The notes below the pieces were generated by a model, which saw only the letters and a program-made list of their open reading frames with translations, was not told where the DNA came from and searched no databases. From Mobula hypostoma (taxonomy: Eukaryota): a DNA stretch of 64,000 nucleotides. Shown here piece by piece: positions 1 to 12,034 of this stretch. Position numbers and translations under genes: made by a program. The stretch lies in NCBI RefSeq assembly GCF_963921235.1, contig NC_086097.1, positions 20,834,001 through 20,898,000 of the forward strand. Direction: 5' to 3'. Numbering within the stretch: the first letter of the stretch is position 1; every line of letters begins with the position of its first letter.

Positions 1-1769
1 GGAGCTCCAGAAAGCAGTCCACAGCAGGGGTGATTGATAAGTTCGTGGCCTACGATAGAAGGAGATGAGTTATACAGCTCTTGTTACATGCACATGCAGT
101 TCAACTCTTTGAGTGATTATGCAGAAAGTTTGAAGTTAATAACTCATCTCCTTCTACCTTAGGCGACAAACATATCAATCACCCCTCGTACTGCCCCACC
201 ACTCCAGGGACCTGGGTTCGATCCTGACCTAATGTGTTGCAGGGTGCACTGGTTTCCTCCGGAATCCCAAAGATGTGCTGGCAGGGTAACTGACCGCTGC
301 AAATAGCCCTAACTGACCCTCAGTGTCGGTTAATGGAACAGGAATCAGAGGGGATGCTGCTGGGCATGGGAGGGAGACTGGGTACTGGGAAATAAGCAAA
401 GAGTTCCGACAAAGAGTACATGATCCTGAAAACCCAAACGCAGTGTCTTAGGAACAGCTTTTCCCCTCTGCTATCCAATTTCTGAATGTTCCATGAACCC
501 ATGAACACTAGCTCTCTTTTTCAAAGTTCAAAGTAAATTTAATATCAAAGTATGTATACGTCACCATATACTTACTTTTCTTGTTGGCAGTTTTGCGCTA
601 TTTATTTTTTAAAATATATTCCTAATTGTAACTTATAGTAGTGCTTTATGTTTAACACTGTACTGCTGCAACAAAACAACAAATTTCACGACATTTGACA
701 GTGATAATAAGCATGAATCTCATTCTCCTTCCACAGATTCTGCCTGACCCGCTGAGTGTCTCCAGATCTATTTTTATATTTCATTATGATCTTGCACTTA
801 TAGTTTCCCTGCACTGCACTCTCTGTAAATGTAACACTTTATTCTGTATTCTGTTGTTGTTTTCCTGTGTTCTAGCTCAATGCACTGTGTAACCAGTTGG
901 TCTGTTTGACAAGCTTTTCACCGTATCTCAGTACATGTGACAATAATAAACCAATTCCAATTCCAATAAGGTTTTAGGTCGGGATCTCTCATCAGAACTT
1001 CTATCAGTGCTTTTTTAATCTCCCCTACATTCTCTCCAGTACAACCACATCCTTCCTACAGCGTGGCAATATTTTAAGGGTAGTATAATTACATCAGCAA
1101 TTTTGTACTCAGGTGGGTCCCATCAATGAGGTGAATGGCCAGTAATTCTGAGGGAACGTTTTGTCCCGAAACGTTGACAGTTTATTCCCCTTCGTAGATG
1201 CTGCCTGACCCACTGAATTCTCCACCGTTTTTTTATGTTGCTCGTATTTTTATTTCAGATTACTAGCACTTGCAAGATTTTAGATTTTCATTGAAAACAA
1301 GGTTTTGTTTGGGGACCAGGGGATGCTTTTTTTGTTTTAGAAGGTGAAAAGTGATGGGGAGGCTACAAATTTGAGGGGAAAATGGAGTGAGTGGGCTGCA
1401 CCGTTGCTGGAGCTGCTACCTCATTTAATCCTGATTTAGAGTGCTGCCTATGTGGAGTTTACACGTTTTCCCTGTGACCACACTGGTCTCCTCCCAGGTG
1501 CTCCAGTTTCTTCCCATGTCCCAAAGACGTCTAGGTTGATCAGTTCGATGGCTGCTGTAAGCTACTGTAACTCTGTAAGTGAGTGGTACAGTCTGGGGAG
1601 GGGGGAGCTGATGGGAATGTGGGGAGAATCAATTGTAGGGAATATTGGTTGGGAATGGAATTGTCCTTCAACCCATGGGACAGTGTTGTCCAGGATGACC
1701 TCATAGAAATTTATAAAATAAGGTGGATGGTCACAGCCTTTTCCCCAGGGTTGGGGAAAGGGTATGTAT

Positions 1770-2631
1770 TGTTACAAGGAGGTCTGTGGTTTTTTTTTGG
1801 GAGAATGATGTAATGGTCTTTTGGAGGTCACCTGATGTAATTTTCCCGCTGATGTGAGGTCACGTGATGACGTGCACTACGGGTATATAAGGGAAGACCA
1901 GTTAGTTTTTAGTTTTTAGATTTCCAGCTAGAATGTACTGTGTCTCCGTTTCTGTTGTGTATTTGTTTTGATGATGCAACTTCATTTTTAAAACGGTTGT
2001 TACATTCTGTTGCAAGGTACAATAGTGCTGGATTGGCAATTTTTGCTAGATGTGCTGATTTACCCTATTCCAGCAGTAGTACGGGAGAGTGAAGACTTTA
2101 TCGAAGTACAGAACCCGAAGGATTGAGAGGAGTCGGTATCGTTCGGCAGTTTAACAAAGGATCGACCTTATTGAGTCTTCGTTGAAGGAGTAGTGACCTG
2201 CATGAAAGATAACCCTTGCCAGAAGAGCAAAGAGTTCATGCAAGGTTTGCTCTCTAGAATTTAAGGTCAGTTGTTTTAAACTGTTTATTTCCTGCATTGT
2301 GAACCCTTTGGACAGAACCAACGGGAAAGTCGCATCTATGAAGAAATCCTTCCCCAGAGAAGTCTCTCCCAGTTGAACATATAAATCTGTTGGACTTTTG
2401 AATTTACCATTTTAAGAACTATATCTGACTTTACCGCTTTAAGAACTGTTTTCACATTTAATGCTTTAAGAACTAGTGCCGAGTGACAATTTGTTGAATG
2501 GCTGCATAGCAGTTAACTTCCGGTTAAGGTTTTCGTTTGTTTTTTTGATTGTTTATCCGTGTTTAATAAATGTTTGGTTGTTTTTATATAACCTGTCTCG
2601 ATTGATATTCATTGTTGCCGGTTACGTAACA
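1770..2631 (+). mobile_element. Solo LTR (862 bp)
   Basis: TGTTAC...GTAACA inverted termini, 4-bp TSD GTAT (1766-1769 and 2632-2635), TATATAA at about 1884, AATAAA at about 2565. Interrupts a CR1 3' fragment. Confidence 0.85.
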
Positions 2632-2974
2632 GTATATATAAGAAAAGAGGTAAAAATTTTAAAACAGACCCAAGAGGTAACTTCTTTGCACAGAGGCTGT
2701 TGGATGCCCGGAATGAACTACCAGAAGAAGTAGTTGAGGCATTGGAATGGGTCGAGGGAAGGGAAGGGTTTGGGCTGAACCCAGGCAAGTGGGTCTATCA
2801 GGAATGCTGTGGTCAGCATGAACCAGATGGACTGAATGGCCTGTTTCCAGACTGTATTACTTTATATGACTCTATATGGAAATGTATGATGGAATGAGGT
2901 TGAGGAGCCTCCTCCTGTGACCAAGTTCTCCTGTCAGAGGACAGATATATAAATAATAAATCTCTCCCTCTCAC

Positions 2975-3226
2975 CTGAATGTTGGGATTCTGTGCGTTGA
3001 TATCCGCATTGGTTAGGTCGGGGAAGTTCTTCAGGTCCAGGACAAAAGGGTTGGTCTCCTCCAGGCCAGACCCATATTTTGTTTGTGCCGGGGTGTCCGG
3101 TGATCCTGGGGGTGACCATCGCCGCTTGTGACGGGCTTGGTTGTTAGCCTTCCAGGTCTTCAGCTTGTTATCCTCGGCCGTCTCCTCCGGATCCCGGGCC
3201 AGCCTTGAAATCGAATGGCTTTTCAC
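2975..3226 (-). CDS. ISM2: Isthmin (probably ISM2), coding exon 2
   Basis: Encodes VKSHSIS...ARHKRRWS...PFVLDLKNFPDLTNADINAQNPNIQ, matching the isthmin motif FxLDLxNFPDLxxADINxQNPNIQ. Acceptor ctctctcccttccttgcaag|GTG, donor CAG|GTGAGA, 252 bp, phase 0/0. An in-frame TGA at 3265-3263 excludes an acceptor further upstream. ISM2 rather than ISM1 is chosen from adjacency to SPTLC2. Confidence 0.88.
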
Positions 3227-3673
3227 CTTGCAAGGAAGGGAGAGAGTCATCAGGGGCAGGAGTCACAGGCAGCACTCGAGAAACAATACTGAGTGATCTT
3301 ATGGAAGGACAGCTTCTTCCCCCATCCCCGCCCCTCCCGCCTGCCGCCATCAGATTACTGAATGGTCCATCAACCCACTAACAGCATCTCATTATTCCAT
3401 CTTTGCACTACTGCAGCATAGAACATTACAGAACAGATCCTCCACTACAGAACGTTTAACCTACTCTAACCCTTCCCTCCTACACAGCTCTTCCTTTTTC
3501 TATCATCCATGTGCCTATCTAAGAGTTTCTTAAATATCTCTAATGTATCTGCCTGTACCACCGCTCTCTGTGTAAAAAACCCACCTCTGATATCCCTCCA
3601 TTTACTTTTGTCCAATCACCCTACTATGCCCCCTGGTATTGGCCATTTTTGCCATTGATAAGTCTCTGCTTAT

Positions 3674-4146
3674 CAATATTCCTTCCAACTTGTAATCACT
3701 GGTGTGCGCAAAAATCATGTGCTATGTAATTTTTTGCCCAGTGACAACAATGTGTACTCACTGAATTTTTTTAAGTGGAAGTAAACCTGAAGCTGCTCTA
3801 AGGATAACAAGCCATTCCGCTTTAAATGAACCAGCAGTTCTTTTGTGCTTCACGCCCTTGGCTTCTCTGGAATTTAACATAGTGAATCAATAATTTCTTC
3901 AATAAAAACAGTATAAATATGCCAGTTCTAAAATCTTCGGTCAAATTATCACAAACTCCACATTGTCAACACTGTCTGCATCAGAAACCGGAAAAGGAAA
4001 TGTGATTGTGTACGATCGTGAAATATACTTAACATGCCAATGAGGTAGAGGTTGACGACCTTTTGTTCACAGTTCAAATTCCTTTGTGTGCTAGTAGCAA
4101 AAGATGTGTGCGCGTACCCAAGCGCACGTCTTAGAGGACACTACTG
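3674..4146. mobile_element. Possible degenerate non-autonomous DNA transposon (hAT-like)
   Basis: Degenerate inverted ends (caatattccttccaa and ttagaggacactactg) interrupting a minus-strand CR1 3' fragment. Confidence 0.35.
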
Positions 4147-5212
4147 TCTATCCACACAGTCTATGCCTCCCATCTATACACCCCTGTCAAGTCACCTCTC
4201 ATTCTCCTTTGCTCCAAAGAGAAAAGTCCTTGCTCGTTCAACCTGTCCTCAAAAGACACGCTCTCTAATCCAGGCAGCATCTCGGTAAATCTCACCTGCA
4301 CCCTCTTTAAAGCTTCTACATACTTCCTATAATTAGGTGATTATTTATTTTAAATGTAACTTACAACATTTTTTATATCATGCACTGTACTGCTGCCACA
4401 AAACAACAAATCTCAAGACACACTCAGTGGCCACTTTATTAGGTACACCTGAACACCTGCTCCTTTGTGCAAATTTCTAATCAGCCAACCTAACGTGGCA
4501 GAAACCAAATACATAAATCAGTCATGATCGAATGGCAGAGCAGACTAGATGGGCTGAATGGCCTAATTCTGCTCCTATGTCTTGAGGTCACATCTTCTAC
4601 ACTTTCAATAAGAGGGCCAGACTGCTCAACCTTTCTTCCCAAGACAGACTTGCCATCCCAGGAACCAGCCTTGAGAATTTTGCTTCACTCTTTCTATACA
4701 CGTATAGAAATTGGACACAGTATTCCTGATGTGATTTCATCATGCCCCTACATAACTGTACTGAGACATCTTTACTCCTGCGCTAAAAAACCTTCAATAA
4801 ACCTACAAGTTGCCTTTCTAATTGCCTGTCACATCTACACATTAGAACACTGAGGATATCTGCTCTTAAATTCCCAAGGAGAAAAAGGAATGCAATAATG
4901 TTAATAGCTCCAGCTGTGACTCAGCTGATAACATTCTCGCTAAATTGGAGAAGATTGTGGGCCCATTGACTTGTGCATAAAAACTGTTCATGACACCAAT
5001 GTTGTACTGAGGAGGTTTAATGCAATTCTTCATGCTGGTGTTGGCTAATTTTGCATGGGAGATCTTTCAGATAGAGGCAAGTGGTCTCCTGGTAACAGTA
5101 CAAGTAGCAATTTGCTCCAATACACAGGCCAATACTTGCCCCTCAAACAGCATCACTTAAAATTCTGGTAATCACATTGCTGTTCCTGGGGCCTTGGTTA
5201 GCTTGAAAAATA

Positions 5213-5555
5213 TACACTTAGTGGTACCTTTTCTAGGTACAGCTGCCTACATGCTTGTTAATGCAAATATCTCATCAACCAATTAATTAGTGTACAAAAG
5301 CATGCAGACATGGTCAAAAGGTTCAGGGGTTGTTCAGACCAAACATCAGAGTGGGGAAGAAATGTGATCTAGGTGACTTGGACTGTGGAATGATTGTTGG
5401 TGCCAGACGGGGTTGTTTGAGTATCTCGGAAACTGCTGATCTCCCTGTGATTTTCACGTACATCAGTCTCTAGAGTTTACAGAGAACAAGAAACAATCAG
5501 CAGTTCTGTGGGCGAAAAAGCCTTGTTCATGAGAGTGGGCAGAAGAGCATCTCTG
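5213..5555 (+). mobile_element. Tc1/mariner non-autonomous element, partial
   Basis: TA followed by a degenerate CACTCAGTGGCCACTTTATTAGG terminal inverted repeat (TIR), then a transposase N-terminal relic (KKCDLGDLDCGMIVGARRGCLSISETADL). Confidence 0.7.
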
Positions 5556-5648
5556 GACTGGCCTGTCCAGAAGGAAGGTCTCAACCTGAAATGAGAATCA
5601 TTCCCACTCTCTCTTTAATATTGCCTGGAAGTTTTTTCCCTCACATTC

Positions 5649-6920
5649 ATAGAAACATAGAAACATAGAAAATAGGTGCAGGAGTAGGCCATTCTGCCCT
5701 TTGAGCCTGCACCGCCATTTATTATGATCATGGCTGATCATCCAACTCAGAACCCCGCCCCAGCCTTCCCTCCATACGCCCTGATCCCCGTAGCCACAAG
5801 GGCCATATCTAACTCCCTCTTAAACACAGCCAATGAACTGGCCTCAACTGTTTCCTGTGGCAGAGAATTCCACAAATTCACCACTCTCCGTGTGAAGAAG
5901 TTTTTCCTAATCTCGATCCTAAAAGGCTTCCCCTTTATCCTCAAACTGTGACCCCTTGTTCTGGACTTCCCCAACATCGGGAACAATCTTCCTGCATCTA
6001 GCCTGTCCAATCCCTTTAGGATTTTATACGTTTCAATCAGATCCCCCCTCAATCTTCTAAATTCCAACGAGTACAAGCCCAGTTCATCCAGTCTTTCTTC
6101 ATATGAAAGTCCTGCCAACCCAGGAATCAATCTGGCGAACCTTCTTTGTACTCCCTCTATGGCAAGGATGTCTTTCCTCAGATTAGGGGACCAAAACTGC
6201 ACACAATACTCCAGGTGTGGTCTCACCAAGGCCTTGTACAACTGCAGTAGTACCTCCCTGCTCCTGTACTTGAATCCTCTTGCTATAAATGCCAGTATAC
6301 CATTCGCCTTTTTCACCACCTGCTGTACCTGCATGCCCACTTTCAATGACTAGTGTATAATGACACCCAGGTCTCCTCCCCTTTTCCTAATCGGCCACCA
6401 TTCAGATAATAATCTGTTTTCCTATTTTTGCCACCAAAGTGGATAACTTCACATTTATCCACATTAAATTGCATCTGCCATGAATTTGCCCACTCACCCA
6501 ACCTATCCAAGTCACTCTGCATCCTCTTAGCATCCTCCTCACAGCTAACACTGCCACCCAGCTTCGTGTCATCCGCAAACTTGGAGATGCTGCATTTAAT
6601 TCCCTCATCCAAGTCATTAATATATATTGTAAACAACTGGGGTCCCAGCACTGAGCCTTGCGGTACCCCACTAGTCACCGCCTGCCATTCTGAAAAGGTC
6701 CTGTTTATTCCCACTCTTTGCTTCCTGTCTGCTAACCAATTCTCCATCCACATCAATACCTTACCCCCAATACCGTGTGCTTTAAGTTTGCACACTAATC
6801 TCCTGTGAGGGACCTTGTCAAAAGCCTTTTGAAAATCCAAATATACCACATCCACTGGTTCTCCCCTATCCACTCTACTAGTTACATCCTCAAAAAATTC
6901 TATGAGATTCGTCAGATATG
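5649..6920 (-). mobile_element. CR1-clade LINE, 5'-truncated, young
   Basis: RT motifs YLDFQKAFDKVPH, GVPQGSVLGP, KFADDTK and the C-terminal RPHLEYCVQFWSP. (TTTCTATG)n tail. One frameshift near 6345-6375. Confidence 0.93.
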
Positions 6921-8508
6921 ATTCCCATCAGCTCCCCAACATTTTAACACTGGGGTACTTACGGTGGCTGACTTAGAGAGCATCCCACACATCTTTGGGA
7001 TGTGGGAGGAAACCAGAGCACCCAGAGGGATCTCGCACAATCAGAGGAAGAATCCACACAGACTGCATCAAAGGCCAAGATTGAACCCGAGTTGCTGATA
7101 CCATGAGGCATTGGCTCTACTAACTGCAAGACTAGAGTGGTGATAAGCCATTCGGCCCCTCAAGCCTGCCCTGGCCATCCTACATGGTCATGATTAATCT
7201 GTCTTAAACCTCACCTCCTCTTCTGTACCAGTTCCCCAGAGCCCTCAATTCCCTGACCCTGAAGCTTTTATCTATTTCTTCTTTCAATACCCCAAGTGAT
7301 ACCACATCTACAATCCTCCACTGCAAGAAGTTCCTACACGTCTCGTATTACAACTACGCTCCCAGATTCCAGATCCGCCGACTGTGATAAAGGACATCTT
7401 GCTCCTTGCCTTCCTAATCACTTGTGATTTATCTGTTTGCCTCTAGTCCCATGAGCTTTTCTACCACCTTGTCCCTCATGGTCACTAATATCACAAACCC
7501 CTCTGCGTCTCCTGAACCTGGTCCACCTCAAACCTCTAGGGTGTTTGCTTTTCAAAAAGTTTCAAGTAGATTTAGTATTGAAGTACGTATATGTCACCAT
7601 ATACTATCCTGAGATTCGTTTGCTTGTGAGCGTTCACAGAAGAACAAAGAAATACAATAGAATCAATAAAAAACTACACACAAACACTAACAAGCAACCA
7701 ATGTGTAAAAGACAAAGCGCAAGTACAAGAAAAAATACTGAGAGCATGAGTTGTAGAGCCCTTGAAAGTGAGTCCATAGGCTGTGTTCAGCGATCAATTG
7801 GGTGTTGAAGTGAGTGAAGTCATTCACACTGGTTCAGGAGCCTGATGGTTGTAGGGTAATAACTGTTCCTGAACCTGGTGGTGTGACAGCCAAGGCTCTT
7901 GTACCTCTGTCCCGATGGCAGCGGTAAGAGAGGGAATGGCCCACATTCTTCACCATGAAAATTAATGCAAAGTATTGATTTCATTTATTAGCCTGTTTCT
8001 TGTTTCCTGTCTTCAATCCCCAGTCTCACTCTCTGAGGAACCCACACTTCCCCTGAACCATCTCTTTCTTTATCTAAATCTGTGGAAGTCCTTGCTGGTA
8101 CATTTCTCATCATTCTCTGTTGACTTGCCATTAGCTGACGGTGCCAACCCTGACTGCAGTTATAATTCAACAGACCTCCCTCAGAACCCCCTGGACGAGG
8201 CCGGAAATCCTCTCAGAGCCTTGCAGTGTTGCTCCCCTAACTGGACCCAACCCTTTCTTTGAATAAGTGGTTAAACCAGCCACATGCAGTGAAGGGTGAA
8301 GGCCTGGGATGAAGTGTTGAACCAATTACATCACAGTAGTAGAATACTGATTGAGAGAGGAAGGCAACACATCAAATGATCCCAAGGATGAAAGGGTTAT
8401 CATATGAAGAGTCTTTGATAACTCTGGGCTTGTACTCATCGGAGTTTAAAAGAATGAGCGGGGATCTCATTGAAACCTATTGAATGTTGAGAGGCCTAGA
8501 TAGAGTGG

Positions 8509-8891
8509 CAGGGTGGAAATACATCTCTACAAAAAGAGGTAAAGTCCTTCCCTCCACTGACCTGCAGGCTATCCTGCTTAACCTGCGAACCCTCACCCCA
8601 CCCCGATGAGGGTCATGTGAAGCCACAGGAGCAGCTGGTGGATGATCGTATGAGCAGCTGGTGCATATCACAAGTCCTGGTTACGCAACGACTGACATCA
8701 GGCAGAGCATTGACAATGGCTGGGGTCACCCATCTTGTAAACACACCACCCAAAAGAAAGGCAAACCACTTCTGCAGAAAAATTTGCCAAGAACAATCAT
8801 GGTCATGGATAGAGCAACAGCGTGGCTCGGTAGACAGACAGACGACCGTGATTGTCCGTGCCACACAACTCGGCATGTAATGATGATGATG
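8509..8891 (+). mobile_element. RTE-related short retroposon inserted in a CR1 fragment
   Basis: 11-bp TSD AGATAGAGTGG (8498-8508 and 8892-8902), (TGA)n tail, RTE-like GGCAAACCACT motif. The host CR1 fragment spans about 8370-9215. Confidence 0.7.
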
Positions 8892-10884
8892 AGATAGAGT
8901 GGACGTGGAGAGGATGTTTCCAACAATAGGAGAGTCTAAGACTAGACGGCACAGCATCAGAATAGAAGGATGCTCCATCAGAAAGAGATGAGGAGGAATT
9001 TCTTTAGCCAGCGGATGGCGAATCTGAGGAATTCATTGCCATAGACCACTGTGGAGGCCAAATCACTGAGTATATTTAAAGCTGAGGTTGATAGGTTCTT
9101 GATTAGTAAGAGTATCAAAGGTTACAAGGAAAGGTATGATATATCAGCCATAATGAATGGCAGAGCAGACTTGATGGGCCGAATGACATAGTTCTGCTCC
9201 TTTGTCTTATGATCAAATGTCAGCGATAGTAGATCTGGTTCTGATCCTGATTCCTTATGTTCTCACGATGTCCTAAAGCATTCAAATCGGAGTTAACAAA
9301 GCCATTCGTAATTTAAACCAAAGCCAACAAGCCTCTGAAACAGGAAAACTGGGCCTTTGCTAATAAAAATTGTATAAACATATCCATCTTCCCAAAAACA
9401 AATCTTAGAGTGTTCGCTATGCAGAAATATCCCAGGGCACTTTACAAGCATCAAAGGTTTAATTATGAGGACGGATTGAACAGACTAGGGCCGTATCCCC
9501 TGGAGCAGAGATCAAGGGATGATCTAATTGAGGTGTTTAATATGATTAGAGGTTCTGGCGGGTGAGTATAGAATAACGGAGCATTGCATTTACATTCAAG
9601 TCAGGCAGGGCACTTGGGGTGAAGTCTGGGAGCATTTCGTCACACAGGGGGAGGGGGAGGGGGAGGGGTTTGGAAATTTCGAACTCTCCAAAACAGAAAC
9701 GGAACAGGGGTAGGTCACTTGGGTTCTCAAGCCCGTCCCACCATTTAGTAAAATCAAAAAGATTAAAAAGATTTGCGTTACTTGCCACATGTACATCGAA
9801 ACATACAGCGAAATGTGCCATTTGTGTTAAATCAAATCAGCGAGGATTGTGTTGGGGGGAGCCTGCAAGGGTTGCCAACATACTTGCCCATAACCTATTA
9901 AAACTAACCCTAACCTGTAGGTCTCTGGAATGTGGGCGGAAACTGGAGCACCCAGTACAAACTCTTTAGAGACAGCAGGAGGAACAGAACTCTGATCAGT
10001 TATCGCTGATGCTGTGAAGCATTTGTTCGAACTGCAACGCTGATCCATTACCTCAGAAACACATTCCTTCTCTAAACAGGCCACTTTTCATTTCCCTTAA
10101 AACCTGAAAGTCCTTCCTTGACCAAGTTACTTAAACAGCGTCAGCTGATTGACAGACTTCTGTAGAGCAAGGGCATTAATGTTTGGATGCAGGGTTAGGG
10201 GACCCACATGAATGATGGGACAGGATTGAAGGGCTCAATTGCCTTCTCCTGGAGCAACAAAACAATATGCTGGAGGAAATCTACAGGTCGAGCAACATCT
10301 ATGGGAGGAAAGGAATTGTCAACGTTTCAGGTCAAAATCCTGCCTCGTGGCGCAGCTGCAAATTTCCTCCAGCAGGATCTATGTTTCTCTGGGTTCTAAC
10401 ACCAGCTGTCTCCTGTGCCTCCTTACCTCCTCCTGTAGCCTACTTCAAAGTAGAGTCAAGGTTTAGAAAGGCCTAGATAGAGTGGATGAGCAGAGGCTGT
10501 TTCCAATAGTGGGGGGTGTCTAAAGCCAGAAGGCACAGCCTCAGATAGAAGAACTTGTCCCTTTAGATCAGAGATGAGGAGGAATTTCCTTAGCCAAAGG
10601 GGGGGGGGGGGTGAATTTGTGGAATTTATTGCCACAGACAGCTGTGGACGTCAAGTCATTGGATATGCTTAAAGTAGAGTTTGATAGGTCCTTTTTATTT
10701 TACTTATTGAGATACAATATGGAATCTGCCCTTCAAGCCATACCACTCAGCCACTTAACTCTAGCCAAATCATAAAACAATTTACAATGACTAATTAACT
10801 GTTAGGCCTTTGGACTGTGGGAGGAAACTGGAGCACCCAGAGGAAACCCTCGTGCACACGGGAAAAACGTAAAGATTTTCTTAG

Positions 10885-11206
10885 AGAGGACCAAAACCTT
10901 GTCATGGTTTGGAGACTCGCATGCTTTAATGACCCAGAGAGCTATGTTGGCTGGAGTCAGGGCCTTATGCTTTGGCTCTTGGTAGGGTCACCCATGCCAA
11001 ACAGGTCAAAGGGTAGAGGTCAGATTAAGAGTGATCCACCGGTTCTCCAGGTTCAGGGTTCAGCTCAGGGCCAACAACTCTGACTGGTAAAACATAACTG
11101 TTCCGGAAATAACAATGAAGAATCCTTCTGTGTCTAAGTGGCCAAGGACAGACAGAAATGGAGGACTTCATTGCTGCCCTAAACTTCAGAGGTATAATTG
11201 GCAGCA
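10885..11206 (+). mobile_element. RTE-derived short non-autonomous element, copy 1
   Basis: Homologous to 52519-52910 (reverse strand). The 5' part resembles RTE/BovB-type 5' UTRs (CCTTGTCRTGG...AATGA...GAGCTATG...GGTCACCC). Confidence 0.6.
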
Positions 11207-11504
11207 TTTTTTTCCTTACAGAGGATGCCGGAATTGAAGGATCTCCAATGCCTAGAGCTGTAACAGTGCGCTAACTGCTAGGTTACCCAATATTACTAAT
11301 TACTTAACTTGTAAGGGTGTCAAAGGTTATGGGGAAAAGGCAGCGGGATGGGGTTGAGAAGGAAAATAAATCAGCCATGATCAAATGGCAGAAGAGGCTC
11401 GATGGGCTGACTGGCCTAATTCTGATCCTATGCCTTAGGGTCTTATAGGTGTGTAGCTATTGGATGGAAGATGGCGGAGCTATCATCATTCAAGCTGGGT
11501 GAGA

Positions 11505-11990
11505 AAGGTAATGAATATGCTGGTAGCCGTTGGTTGGGGTGGGGGTTAGGGAATCGGTGGGAGGTGGGGGTGAGTGAGATTGTTGTTGAAGAGCAGTTTG
11601 ACCTTTAGGGGTGGTGTAACCATCGGTGGATGGGATGGTGGTGTGAGAGTTGGGGCATGAAATGTTCGGGGGAGGGTTGGGGATGGAGGTGATAGGCGGC
11701 TGATTGAAGGACTGGGGGATGGTGTGAGAGTTGGGGAGGGGGTGTGAAGGCTGTGGGGTGTATAAGGATTGGATGTGTGGGGGTAGGGTGAGAGGTGAGT
11801 GATACGTATGCTTGGCGGTTGGTTTGAGGATTGGTGTGGATCTGAGGGCTGGGGGGAGGCAGGCTCAGGGTGATGGAGGGGAAGAGTTGTGGAAGGAGAG
11901 AGGGCAATGAGTTGGAGGGGAGAGACAGTTAGACAGATGGTCATGGGGAGGGAGTGTGCTGTCATCTGGAATGGTGGGTGGGATGGAGTG
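11505..11990 (+). repeat. G-rich low-complexity tract
   Basis: Dense GGG/GGTG/GGGA runs with a partial internal repeat (GATGGTG...TGAGAGTTGGGG twice). Confidence 0.6.
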
Positions 11991-12034
11991 GTCAATAACC
12001 CCGGGCATCCAACATTATTTCTGAAAATTAGCAG

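Noticed and set aside
2813..3250. 145-aa ORF as a single-exon gene
   Set aside because: Only 2975-3226 is exon. The ATG lies in the polypyrimidine tract and the C-terminal part is intron.
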